A DNA stretch of 64,000 bases from Bdellovibrionales bacterium. GTDB lineage: Bacteria > Bdellovibrionota > Bdellovibrionia > Bdellovibrionales > UBA1609. The translations under genes and the position numbers were made by a program. The notes under the pieces are model-generated. The model did not search any database. It was not told the DNA's origin and saw only the letters and a program-made list of their open reading frames with translations. The stretch lies in assembly GCA_965219095.1 (NCBI GenBank), contig CBDCMT010000001.1:96001-160000 (forward strand), given 5' to 3'. Of this stretch, positions 33,462 to 43,348 are shown in pieces (position 1 is the first letter of the stretch; each line of letters opens with the position of its first letter).

Positions 33462-33524
33462 AAATCACCTCCTCCTCCTAATATCTTATTGAAATTGAAA
33501 GAGATTTTCAATAAGATTTTAAGT

Positions 33525-33998
33525 ATGAGAAAAGAAAAAAAGGTTTTGTTTTTTATTTCTTTTTTAATTCTAACATCTTGCAGTCTGCTTGATGGAACCT
33601 CGCTTATTCCTGATATGGCCATTAAGTGCAAATCCTCTGTTTGCTCTGAAAGTTTAAAAGATAAGGATGTTTATTTTGGAATTACAACTGATTTAAACTT
33701 TGATTGTGATGATGATCTTTCTGACTTCGATGACTACGAAAAGTTTAAAGCCTTCTTTCATGTCTACGCAAAAGGAAGAACAGTTTGGAAAAACAGTGCT
33801 ATTGAACTTAAAGAGAACATTGAATCTTGGCAAGGAGAATTAGATAGCAACGTCTTTGGGTTTGTCAAACCTGCCCAAGTGTGTGTGTTCATTGATACAA
33901 ATGAAAATGAGCAATTAAACTCTGATGAACCTATTGCAAGTGACGGTGTGGACTTAGGCTTTACTTTGCAAACCATTAATAAATGGAGAAACAAATGA
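33525..33998 (+). CDS. Hypothetical lipoprotein
   Basis: MRKEKK signal with lipobox LTSC; promoter TTGAAA-17-TAAGAT-7-ATG supports start 33525. Confidence 0.75.
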   Translation: MRKEKKVLFFISFLILTSCSLLDGTSLIPDMAIKCKSSVCSESLKDKDVYFGITTDLNFDCDDDLSDFDDYEKFKAFFHVYAKGRTVWKNSAIELKENIESWQGELDSNVFGFVKPAQVCVFIDTNENEQLNSDEPIASDGVDLGFTLQTINKWRNK

Positions 33999-34177
33999 AG
34001 TTATTTGATTTTCTTTTTGGAAAAATTCCTAAAATCTTTAATAAAAAAGGAGAAGTCGTTCACCGCATGGATCAAAAAAAACTCTCTGAGTGGAAAAAAA
34101 ATTACACTTCAGATCCTGAGAAAAACTGGCGTCAGCATAAGGGTCGTGAAAGCATTTTCCAAAAGAAAAGATCCTAA
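33995..34177 (+). CDS. Small hypothetical protein (60 aa)
   Basis: ATGA overlap with the upstream stop, SD GGAG; Trp-rich MKLFDFLFGKIPKIFNKKGEVVH...NWRQHKGR. Confidence 0.6.
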   Translation: MKLFDFLFGKIPKIFNKKGEVVHRMDQKKLSEWKKNYTSDPEKNWRQHKGRESIFQKKRS

Positions 34178-34277
34178 ATTAATAAGATCCTTTTTAAAAA
34201 AACTAAAGCAGTTTTAAAAAATAAAAAGAAGATCTTCTTCTCAAAGCTTTAATAAAGAGTGATGGAAAGCAAAAAAG

Positions 34278-35483
34278 TTAAGACTTTTTTCTAAGCCATA
34301 AAAGAGCTTCTTTATAATTTCTAAGCTCTCCTTTCCACTGTAAAAAAAGACATTCCTTTAAAATTTCTTTATACTGAGGCCCCTGTGGAATCCCTTGGTT
34401 TTTCAAGTCCTCCCCTGTTAAGAAACAAGTTGGCAAAAAACCCTTATCTGTCATAAGAGATTGGTATTGTTGAACAAACTGCTCTAAAAACTCAAAATCC
34501 ATAAGTTCTAAAAGCTCTAAAAAAAGAAGACCTTGTTTGTGATTTAAAATTTGTAATTTTTCGTACTGATTTAAGTCCTTAAATTCTTCATAAGATTTTA
34601 ACAGAAATAAAACCTTATGCTGTAAAGATTTTGAGCACTTTAAGCTTTGTAGATCCTTTTTAGTCTGTTCTAAAGAGAGTTTCATTTTTAAAAATAAAAG
34701 AGCTAAAAGAAGACCAGTATCTTTTGTTTTTACTTGCGAAAGGGTTTTCTTTAAAGATAGCCAATTTTTTGAAGAGGATAGATGATGGGAAAGATAAGGA
34801 AAAATATCTTTAAAGTACCCCAAGTTTTTAAGATCTTCTAAACCCCTTAAGAAAAAAGGTGATAAAAGTATCTTTTGAAACTCTTCTAAAATTCTTTCTT
34901 TAGAGATCTGAGATAAAGACACTTTGTACAAAGCTCTATATGTAGTCTCTTCAATAAAAAAATTAAGTTGTGTTACAAAACGAATGGTTCTTAGAGCTCT
35001 TAATTGATCTTCTTTAAAACGTTTTAAAGGTTTTCCTACGGTTTTGATTGTTTTTAGCTTTAAATCTTTTAAACCTTCCACTAAATCAATCACTTGTTTC
35101 GAAAAAGGATCATAAAATAAAGCGTTGATAGTAAAATCTCTTCTCAAAGCATCTTGTTTATAAGTAGCAGGTGTTATACTATCGGGATGTCTTCCATCCG
35201 AATAAATACCATCTTTACGAAAAGTAGCAATATCCACTTCACAAATCTCACTTCTGATTTTCACAACACCAAAGCTTTCTCCTACTTTATGAGAATCAGG
35301 AAAAAGAAAACTTAGTTCTTGGAAAGATGCGTCAGTAGCTAAATCAAAGTCCTTAAAAGCTCTTTTCAACAGTCCATCCCTTACACTCCCTCCTATTAAA
35401 TAAACCTGAAAGCCTTTATCTTTAATTTTTTCACAAATGTTTTTGACAAAAGGCCAGTTTGTGTGATTCTCAATAAAGTCCAT
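34278..35483 (-). CDS. cca: CCA tRNA nucleotidyltransferase / poly(A) polymerase family
   Basis: IGGSVRDGLL..DFDLATDA, ATFRKD, RRDFTINAL, EDQLRALR; probable start ATG 35483. Confidence 0.88.
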   Translation of the reverse strand: MDFIENHTNWPFVKNICEKIKDKGFQVYLIGGSVRDGLLKRAFKDFDLATDASFQELSFLFPDSHKVGESFGVVKIRSEICEVDIATFRKDGIYSDGRHPDSITPATYKQDALRRDFTINALFYDPFSKQVIDLVEGLKDLKLKTIKTVGKPLKRFKEDQLRALRTIRFVTQLNFFIEETTYRALYKVSLSQISKERILEEFQKILLSPFFLRGLEDLKNLGYFKDIFPYLSHHLSSSKNWLSLKKTLSQVKTKDTGLLLALLFLKMKLSLEQTKKDLQSLKCSKSLQHKVLFLLKSYEEFKDLNQYEKLQILNHKQGLLFLELLELMDFEFLEQFVQQYQSLMTDKGFLPTCFLTGEDLKNQGIPQGPQYKEILKECLFLQWKGELRNYKEALLWLRKKS

Positions 35484-36516
35484 GAGTACATCTATTATTC
35501 CATTAATTGAAGATTTAAGTAAAGACTTAAACTTTACTAGCTTCGGCACTACTATCTTAAAAAAGCCTTTATCCTTTCATTACTATCAACAATGGCTCCG
35601 TGAAGGCCTTCACCATGACATGGATTACTTAAAAGATCATGCACCATTAAAAGAAAATCCTAAGAAACTTCTTTCAAGAGCTCACTCAGCCCTTGTCTTT
35701 ACTCAAAACTATGTCCCCCACCCCTATTCTGAAGGATACCCTCTAAAAGCTTTGAAAGTAGCTCTTTACGCTAAAGGAAAAGACTATCACCATTGGTTTA
35801 AAAAAAAGTTATCCCTTCTTTGTGAAAGACTTAAAAGCAAGATGCCCTCAGAAGAGTTTTTAGCTTTTACAGACTCAAGTCCTGTTTTGGAAAAAGATCT
35901 GGCACAACAAGCAGGATTGGGCTGGTTTGGGAAAAACACATGTCTTATCCATCCTAAAAAGGGCAGTTTGTTTTTTATAGGAGAGATTTATACAAGCCTT
36001 AAATTAGAGCCTGTTTTAAAAGAAATCTCTTATCACTGTGGAACATGTACACGCTGTATTGATGCCTGCCCCACTCAAGCTTTTATTGAACCTTTTAAGC
36101 TAGATGCTGGAAAATGTATCTCTTATTTGACCATTGAATCAAAAAATCTTCTTCCTAAAGAAGATTTGAGAGTTCAAATAGGAGATTGGTTTTTTGGCTG
36201 TGATCTTTGCCAAACAGTCTGTCCTTGGAATCAAAAGATCTTTACACAAAGTTTAAAGAAAGTGAAAAAAGCAAAATATAAAGATCTTATTGATGACCTC
36301 AGATTCATTCTTCAAAGCTCTCATAAAAAACTTCAGAAAACTTTTTCTCAAACAGCCCTTAGTAGAGCAAGGCCTAAGGCTTTGAAACGAAATGCTCTTA
36401 TTGTGACAGGCAATTTAAAGCTCCATGAATTACGAAAGGATGTTCTTAATCTCTCTTCTATAAAGGACTTTTCTGAACTAGCTCGTTGGACTTTAAAACA
36501 AATGGATTCTCTTTAA
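35482..36516 (+). CDS. queG: tRNA epoxyqueuosine reductase
   Basis: YAKGKDYH, AGLGWFGKN, CGTCTRCIDACPT, GCDLCQTVCPWN. Confidence 0.95.
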   Translation: MSTSIIPLIEDLSKDLNFTSFGTTILKKPLSFHYYQQWLREGLHHDMDYLKDHAPLKENPKKLLSRAHSALVFTQNYVPHPYSEGYPLKALKVALYAKGKDYHHWFKKKLSLLCERLKSKMPSEEFLAFTDSSPVLEKDLAQQAGLGWFGKNTCLIHPKKGSLFFIGEIYTSLKLEPVLKEISYHCGTCTRCIDACPTQAFIEPFKLDAGKCISYLTIESKNLLPKEDLRVQIGDWFFGCDLCQTVCPWNQKIFTQSLKKVKKAKYKDLIDDLRFILQSSHKKLQKTFSQTALSRARPKALKRNALIVTGNLKLHELRKDVLNLSSIKDFSELARWTLKQMDSL

Positions 36517-36521
36517 AGTTT

Positions 36522-37469
36522 ATGTTAAAAAAAAATATGTTTGAGAGAATAAAAGAAGATTTGTTTTTTAAAAAACAAAATGACTTAAGGCTAGGAGAAT
36601 GGGTTTCATCTATAGAGTCCTTAGATCAGCTTTCTAAGGGGGGAGTTCTTATAGCAGGTTACCCTGATGATGAAGGCATTAAACTGAATGGGGGTCGTTT
36701 AGGAGCTTCTCAAGCCCCTTGTGAAATAAGACGTATATTTTACCGCATGACAGCATACCCTCAACTCCCCCCTCTCTATGATAGAGGAGATTTAAAAGTC
36801 AAAAAACTTGCTTTGAAAACACGCCATCAAGAAGTAAGGACTTTAGTCTTTGAAGCTCTAGAAAAAAACTTATTTGTGATGGGCTTAGGAGGAGGGCATG
36901 ACTATGCTTATGGAGACGGGGCTGGTTTTTTAAATTATCATCATCAAAAAAAACCTCTTATCATTAACGTGGACGCTCACTTAGATGTAAGAGACTTAAC
37001 TCAAGGTCTTTCAAGTGGTACACCTTTTTATCGTTTGCTTAGTGATTTTTCAAACTTTGACCTCATTGAGCTAGGCATTCAAAGGTTTTGCAATACACCA
37101 GAACATATAAAGTGGTGTGAGAGAAAAAACGTTTCCATCTCTTATCTTGATGACTATGAATTTTCTTGGACTTGTTTTTCGAAAAGATTTCATCACCTTC
37201 TTAAAGAGAAAAGGCCAACCTATTTAAGCATCGACATTGATGCCTTTTCTTCAAGTTATGCCATGGGTGCAAGCCAATCTTGGCCCTCAGGACTGACTCC
37301 TAGGGAGTTTTTCCCTCTTTATAAGAAATTATTGAAGTACTTAGAAGTTCAGGTATTAGGGATTTATGAGGTCTCCCCTCCCCTAGACCACGATCATTTA
37401 ACCTGTAAACTAACTTCAGAATTGATGTACAGCTTTTTAGAATCAAAAAAAAAGCCTCTTTCTTTTTAA
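36522..37469 (+). CDS. hutG: Formimidoylglutamase (arginase family)
   Basis: DEGIKLNGGRLGA, GGGHD, DAHLDVR, SSGTPFY, SIDID, EVSPPLD. Confidence 0.88.
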   Translation: MLKKNMFERIKEDLFFKKQNDLRLGEWVSSIESLDQLSKGGVLIAGYPDDEGIKLNGGRLGASQAPCEIRRIFYRMTAYPQLPPLYDRGDLKVKKLALKTRHQEVRTLVFEALEKNLFVMGLGGGHDYAYGDGAGFLNYHHQKKPLIINVDAHLDVRDLTQGLSSGTPFYRLLSDFSNFDLIELGIQRFCNTPEHIKWCERKNVSISYLDDYEFSWTCFSKRFHHLLKEKRPTYLSIDIDAFSSSYAMGASQSWPSGLTPREFFPLYKKLLKYLEVQVLGIYEVSPPLDHDHLTCKLTSELMYSFLESKKKPLSF

Positions 37470-37511
37470 AAGAGATTTGCTTTCATTTGTCTTTTTTGGC
37501 ATACTTTCCCT

Positions 37512-38819
37512 ATGTTCACACCTTTAAGAACACTTCCTGAAAAATCCTTTTTCACCCATGAAGATATCGCTGTGATCTTTGGCGAGGTGTTTGACCGAGG
37601 TTATGTGAATGGTATTATTGAGGAATTAAAATTTAATAATATTCCTATAATTTATTCCACAGTAGGTCGAAGGGATCAAAATAAAAAAATAAGAGCTTTA
37701 ACAGAAGAAGAGTTAGCTGAAAGATACAAACCCCTCATCAATGTACCTCTAGAGACAGGCTTTGATTTGTTTCAGCCTGAAGGAGGTGAGAACTTCATTG
37801 ATCAACTTAAAAACATAGACCTTAACTCATGGAAAGACTTTAAAATCCCTATTGAAACCATTGAAGATATTTCTAGACAAGCTACTTTAGAATTTAAGTC
37901 AAGACTCAAAATGTATTTTGAGCAATTAAAACCTCATTTAAAAAATAAAAGAAAGATTTTATTCATCCATACTATGGCTGGAGGCATTCCTCGTGCAAAA
38001 ATTATTCTTGTTCTTATGAACCGTGTTTTTAAAGCCTCAGGAGATCGTTTTATCTCTTCGAAAGATTTTTGGAATGGGAGCGATCTAGGTCGTCTATGTT
38101 TGAGAAACTTTCAAGATGTGACAGCAGAAAGTTTTTTCCATCTTATAGAACATACAGAAGATTTAAGAAACAACCATGAAGTTAGTTACATTGCTTACGG
38201 TTATCATGGCAATGAAGTTTTAATAGGAGATTCATATAAATGGCAATCTTATACCCCTTACCTTCAAGGTTTTGCTAAACTTCGTTTAGAGGAGATAAGT
38301 TTAAAGGCTTACAAGAAAGGACTCCAGGTTTGTGTTTTTAATGTTCCTGAGATCTTAACTAATTCTACAACCGTTTTTTCAGGAGTGGAACTTGCTCTTT
38401 TTAATCTCATTGGCTCCCTAGAAAAAAAAGCTTCTCTGCACCCTTGGACAAGAGCCTTTCAAAAATTATCTAAAAACTTTTTAAAGGATGAATTTGAGCT
38501 TGAAAATATATTTCAAGAAGCTCAAAAATACTTTACACATCCAAATTTTGAAAATTGGAATAATTTTAATTCATGGCCTGATCATTCTCGTAAAGAACAA
38601 CTGAATTTGATGCAACTTCACTCCAAAAACATCCTCAATATGCATAAAAGCAAAAAAGAGCTTGTAGCGGCTCTTTTAAGCCAGCTTGTATTTAGAGTGA
38701 CTGGTCATATTATTTACAGATATGCTGACAAAATCAAAAACCCTGTTTGTTGGATCGGCCATGAAATGATCACTGAAAACTTGGCTCAGGTGGAGGGACT
38801 CGAACCCCCGACCCGGTGA
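37512..38819 (+). CDS. FabMG-family enoyl-ACP reductase-like protein
   Basis: FGEVFDRGYVNG, HTMAGGIPRAK, AYGYHG, WQSYTPYLQG.AK motifs recalled for this family. Confidence 0.7.
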   Translation: MFTPLRTLPEKSFFTHEDIAVIFGEVFDRGYVNGIIEELKFNNIPIIYSTVGRRDQNKKIRALTEEELAERYKPLINVPLETGFDLFQPEGGENFIDQLKNIDLNSWKDFKIPIETIEDISRQATLEFKSRLKMYFEQLKPHLKNKRKILFIHTMAGGIPRAKIILVLMNRVFKASGDRFISSKDFWNGSDLGRLCLRNFQDVTAESFFHLIEHTEDLRNNHEVSYIAYGYHGNEVLIGDSYKWQSYTPYLQGFAKLRLEEISLKAYKKGLQVCVFNVPEILTNSTTVFSGVELALFNLIGSLEKKASLHPWTRAFQKLSKNFLKDEFELENIFQEAQKYFTHPNFENWNNFNSWPDHSRKEQLNLMQLHSKNILNMHKSKKELVAALLSQLVFRVTGHIIYRYADKIKNPVCWIGHEMITENLAQVEGLEPPTR

Positions 38820-38856
38820 TTAACAGTCACCTGCTCTACCACTAAGCTACACCTGA
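38782..38856 (-). tRNA. tRNA-Asn (GTT)
   Basis: 75-nt cloverleaf: acceptor TCAGGTG/CACCTGA, anticodon loop CTGTTAA, T-loop TTCGAGT, encoded CCA. Confidence 0.97.
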
Positions 38857-39113
38857 AAGAATAGTAATAGCTTATCAGCCTTTTCAAAAAAACACAAACT
38901 TTTTAAAGTCGCTAAACCCTGTAGAATTTGAAAAATGGAGCAAATAAGGTAATTATCTCTTAAAAAAGTTAACTATTTTGAATCACACCAACCAACATAA
39001 TGGATCCGGACTTATTTTCGTTTCATATACCTTTCTTCTGGTGATTGTAACAAAAAACTCAGAATCCGGTAACCCAATTAAAAGAGTCAATAAGCTATAT
39101 CTACTGATTATAC

Positions 39114-40132
39114 GTAAGTCGGTTATATGACCGCCCTTGACTTCTACTGAGGAGGATATTTCTTAGATTTTAAAGGAGAAGTTTTTATTGATCTTGTTGT
39201 AAAACGGTGTTGTAAGACGTTTTCCTAAGGCCTTCCCCGTTACAAAAGTATTAGAGAAGTTCTTAAAAGAATAATTCTTAGTTTTTTTTCGTAATTTTGA
39301 TTTTCTTTGTGCTTTATTCTTTAAGAACAAAGCTCACTTGTATACTCAAAAGGCGTTTTAATAGGCATCTTATCGAGGGAGTTTCCCACAACCATTAAAA
39401 TATAGTCCTTAGGATCTAATTCCACCTTCTTACAACTTTCCACAATACTGTAAAGTACTGATGCTGTTTCAGCTCCTCTCTGAGTCCTTGACCCATGAAA
39501 GTTCTTTCTTCCCATCACAGAATGTCGAATCGTTCTTTCTGCTTCATTGTTTGTCATAGGAATTTTCTCATTTTCTAAGAATAAATTTAAGCCATCCCAG
39601 TGATTAAAGCTATAATCAATAGCCTTTTTTAACCCACTCTCAGGACGAGCTTCTCCATAAAGTTTATAATACAGATCTTGCAGAGAAAGAACTAAATCCT
39701 TTGATTCTGTTTGTCTTAAACTTTTGAGCTCTTCATAAGTTTTTGCCTTTGATTCAACTTTAAAAATCTTCCCCATAAGCTTTAATACTTTTCCACACTC
39801 CTCAGGGTAATTCTGTTCTATGTCAATAAACTTTCTTATCACTGAGACCAACAAAAAGCAAGATCAATTCCCTTTTCATCCTTAAAGTGTGTTTTATAAC
39901 TAACGTATCCATCTGTTAAAATAGGCCCCTTATAAGAGCCTAAGAGTTTTTTAATAGAACAGGCTGAACGGCTCTCACTAAAGTAATAAAAACTTCCTCC
40001 CTGATGACTTATAACAAACATGTAGCCGTCCTTTTGATGTGAATTATTAATAGGCCATGGAGTTTCATCAATATGAATCGTTCTGTCTAGTTTAAGAAGT
40101 TCCTCTTTGTTATTTTGTAAGTTGTTATTTAG
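39114..40132 (-). mobile_element. IS66-family (type A) remnant with frameshifted tnpC 3' half
   Basis: IR GTAAGTCGGTT at 39114; IHIDET, TDGY, CWSH (frameshifted), TNNEAERTIR, YSIVESCK. Confidence 0.88.
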
Positions 40133-40329
40133 AGCCAATTACAGAAATTAATTCAACGGTAAATCAAAAAGACAGGTCACTGGTTTAAGCCATGATAGTG
40201 ACCTGAAGTACTTGCAGAAGGAGGTGAGCTTCTCAAAACAAATTCTAAACCCTTTAAAGGAGAGTTTCATCTTGAGCATTCTCGCCATCGTAGCCCACAA
40301 AACTTTGTCATCAATCTTTTAGGTACTCT

Positions 40330-42108
40330 GTAACTCGGTTGTCTGACAGCCCTTGACTCCTATAAGGAGGGGGGTTCTTAAAAAATAAAGCACAAAGAAA
40401 ATCACAATACGAAAAAAAAACGTAACTGCTCACCTACATTGTTCAGTTATCCCTAACTTTAGACCTGTTTTAAGATAAAAGTCTTGCTCTTACAGATTTT
40501 CTTTTAAATACTCTTTTCAAATGACAATAAATAAGACCTCCATCAGAAATGAGATTGAAAATATAAGAAGTGACTTTGATAAGCTTGCAAAGAAAGGTTC
40601 TATGCCTACTGAGATTTCTGTGATTGTTGAATCTCTCTTTAAGGTTGTGAACATTCTGATTGTTGTGTTTTTAGAAAAACAGGTTCGAAAAAATTCCAGC
40701 AACAGCGGTCTTCCTCCTTCGCAAGATTTTAGTCGTCAAGGGAATCGTAATAAGAAAGCTAGTGGGAGTCAAAAAAAGGGCTCTAGACTTGATAACAGTA
40801 AAGATACAAACAGTGAGGAGACTGTCTCTCCCTCAGAGTGTTCTCAGTGTGGGATGTTTTTAAAGACAGCAGAGGTAAAAAGCCTTGAGAAGCGTAAAAA
40901 GATTGATATTTTTTATGAAATTCAGACCCATACTGTAACTTCTGAGGTTAAGGATTGTCCCTCATGTGGAGCTAGAAATAAAGGTCAATTCCCTAAAGGT
41001 ATGAGTGGTCCTCTTCAGTATGGTATAGGCATTAGAGCTTCCATCATCAATTTCATTATAGTTCAGATGCTGTCTTTTAGAGCGTGTTGGGGAACATTAC
41101 ATGGGGCTTATAGGTCGAATGATTTCTCCTGCAGTTATGTTGAGATACATTGCTGAATTAGGAGAGTTTCTTAAAAGTTGGGAAGAGCAGATGAAAGAAA
41201 AGATACTTGAATCAGAGGTCATTCATGTTGATGAGACCTCTATGAGGGTTAAGGGTAAAAACTACTGGATTCATACTTATAGTTCAGGAGAATTAGTCTT
41301 GCAGTTTCTCCACCTTTCAGGTGGAAGGGAAGCCATAAAAGATATTGGTCTCTTGGATAGATATGCAGGAGTGCTTGTGCATGATTGTTGGAGTCCTTAC
41401 TTTTGTTATGATAAGATAACTCATGCTTTGTGTGTGGCTCACCTTTTGAGAGAGCTTAAATTTATAGAAGAAAGCAATGGATTCAAATGGGCTATAAATC
41501 TCAAAAAACTTCTTAAAGAGACTGTGGAGTTAGTTCATAAAAAAGAGTCAAGAGTTCTGACTCAAAAAGAGTACGAAACTCTTCAGAGAAGGTATAGGAG
41601 TATTCTTACAAAAGGCTTAAAAGAGCTTCCAGAATTTCCTAAAAAAAATGGCAAGAAAGGACGAATAAAGCATACACAAGCTCAAAACCTTTGGCTGCGA
41701 TTTAAAAAGTATGAAGCAGAAATACTGTGCTTTGCTAAAAGAAAGAACGTAGATCCTACTAATAACAGAGCTGAAAGAGATCTAAGAATGACTAAAGTGA
41801 AAAAGAAAGTGTCAGGGTGTTTCAGAACAGAAGAAATGGCGAAATATTTTTGTCGCATTACCAGCTATGTTAAAACAATGAGAAATAGAGGGTATTCTTC
41901 TTTAGAAGCCATCTCTTTGACATTTCGAGACGTGTCAGATTAAGTTGCGACTATTACATCTAATACTTTTGTAACGGGGAAGATCTTAGGAAAACGTCTT
42001 ACAGGCTTGTTCAAGCTTGTTTTACAACAAGATCAATAAAAACTTCTCCTTTAAAATCTAAGAAACATCTTCTTATAGGAGTCAAGGGCTGTTAAAAAAC
42101 CGACTTAC
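40330..42108 (+). mobile_element. IS66 type A shell carrying a second IS66-family (single-ORF) element
   Basis: GTAACTCGG...CCGACTTAC ends with 8-bp TSD GGTACTCT (40322-40329, 42109-42116); inner end GTAACTGCTCACC at 40422. Confidence 0.88.
40521..41943 (+). pseudogene. IS66-family transposase (type B), frameshifted near 41080
   Basis: NSSNSGLPPSQD, CxxC pairs, VHVDET, LVHDCW, CVAHLLREL, TNNRAERDLR; 3' end replaced by an IS481 end. Confidence 0.88.
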
Positions 42109-42350
42109 GGTACTCTCATCTCCTATTGCTTAAAACCTAAAAAACCCTCCATTCAACTTAAAACTCAAGAACAGGAGCTTCTGAACAATATATAAAAGTC
42201 GAAACTCGGGTTAACAGAGTTTGATAAAAAATCCAGGATGCTATGCGTTAAAAAACGTCGAATTAATTTTTGGAAATGGTATTAGACCTTTCTTAGGTGA
42301 CAACAAAAATGGGTATAATATGTGAGATTATGGTTAAAGAAATCTCTTAC

Positions 42351-43325
42351 TTAAAGGATAGTATGACCTATAACTCTTCTAATGTCTTGTAAAAGGATTA
42401 AAGCCTCTTTGCTAGCTTTCCTAGATCCTTCCTGTAAAATCTCTTCTACTTCTTGAGGCTTGTTTTTATAATAAAGGTATTTGTCATAGGAAGACTTAAA
42501 AAAAGACTCTATTTTTAAAAATAAAATTTCTTTGACCTCACCCCAGCCCACCCCTTCTTGATATTTATGCTTTAAAGTCTTGATTTCTTGTTCATTACTA
42601 AACTCTTGGTAAAGATGAAATAAAAGACATTGTTCAATACTTTTAGGCTCATTCATACCTAGAGAATCAGTTTTAATTTTCATAATAGATTTTCTTAGTT
42701 TTTCAGGATCATCAAACATACAGATAGTATTGTTATAGCTTTTTGACATCTTTCTTCCATCAGTGCCTAAGATTAATTTTCTTGATTGTTTCACAGCTTG
42801 AGGGACTTTTAAAAGCTCACCGTATTTGTTGTTAAATTTCTTTGCAATATCACGAGCAAACTCAATGTGCTGAAGTTGATCCTCTCCTACAGGAACTTGA
42901 TCTGAGGAAAAAAGCAAAATATCACTAGCCATAAGGATAGGGTAAGAATAAAGCCCCATACTGACCTTATCGTCACTTTTACTTTCATGTACTAAAGCTT
43001 TATAAGCGTGAGCTCGATTCATAAAACCTTTAGGTGTGAAACAACTTAAAATCCAAGAAAGCTCAAAGATTTCAGGCAAATCAGACTGTCTGTAAAAGTA
43101 ATGCTTTTGAGAATCGAGTCCGCAAGAAAGCCATGTTCTAGCCACCTCTTCAACCGAATCTTTAAAAGCCTTTGATTCAGGTAGGCTTGTGAGACCATGG
43201 TAGTCTGCAATGAAAAAATAGCCTGTATGTTCTTTTTTCACTAAATCTAAAGCAGGTCTAATTGCCCCTAAATAATTACCTAAATGGGGTTTTCCTGAAG
43301 CTTTGATTCCTGTGAGAACTTTCAT
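42351..43325 (-). CDS. trpS: Tryptophan--tRNA ligase
   Basis: LTGIKASGKPHLGNYLGA, VPVGEDQLQH, KMSKS. Confidence 0.96.
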   Translation of the reverse strand: MKVLTGIKASGKPHLGNYLGAIRPALDLVKKEHTGYFFIADYHGLTSLPESKAFKDSVEEVARTWLSCGLDSQKHYFYRQSDLPEIFELSWILSCFTPKGFMNRAHAYKALVHESKSDDKVSMGLYSYPILMASDILLFSSDQVPVGEDQLQHIEFARDIAKKFNNKYGELLKVPQAVKQSRKLILGTDGRKMSKSYNNTICMFDDPEKLRKSIMKIKTDSLGMNEPKSIEQCLLFHLYQEFSNEQEIKTLKHKYQEGVGWGEVKEILFLKIESFFKSSYDKYLYYKNKPQEVEEILQEGSRKASKEALILLQDIRRVIGHTIL

Positions 43326-43348
43326 AGCTAAACTCTATAATAAACATT

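Larger units (their letters stand above)
40271..42211 (+). pseudogene. IS982 transposase C-terminus plus IR, split by the IS66 insertion
   Basis: Rejoined across the TSD it reads [32 protein letters not shown]; IR at 42198-42211. Confidence 0.8.

Noticed and set aside
38857..42281. Prophage or ICE integrated at tRNA-Asn
   Set aside because: The IS stack lies on the tRNA 5' side, with no integrase and no duplicated tRNA 3' end in the window.
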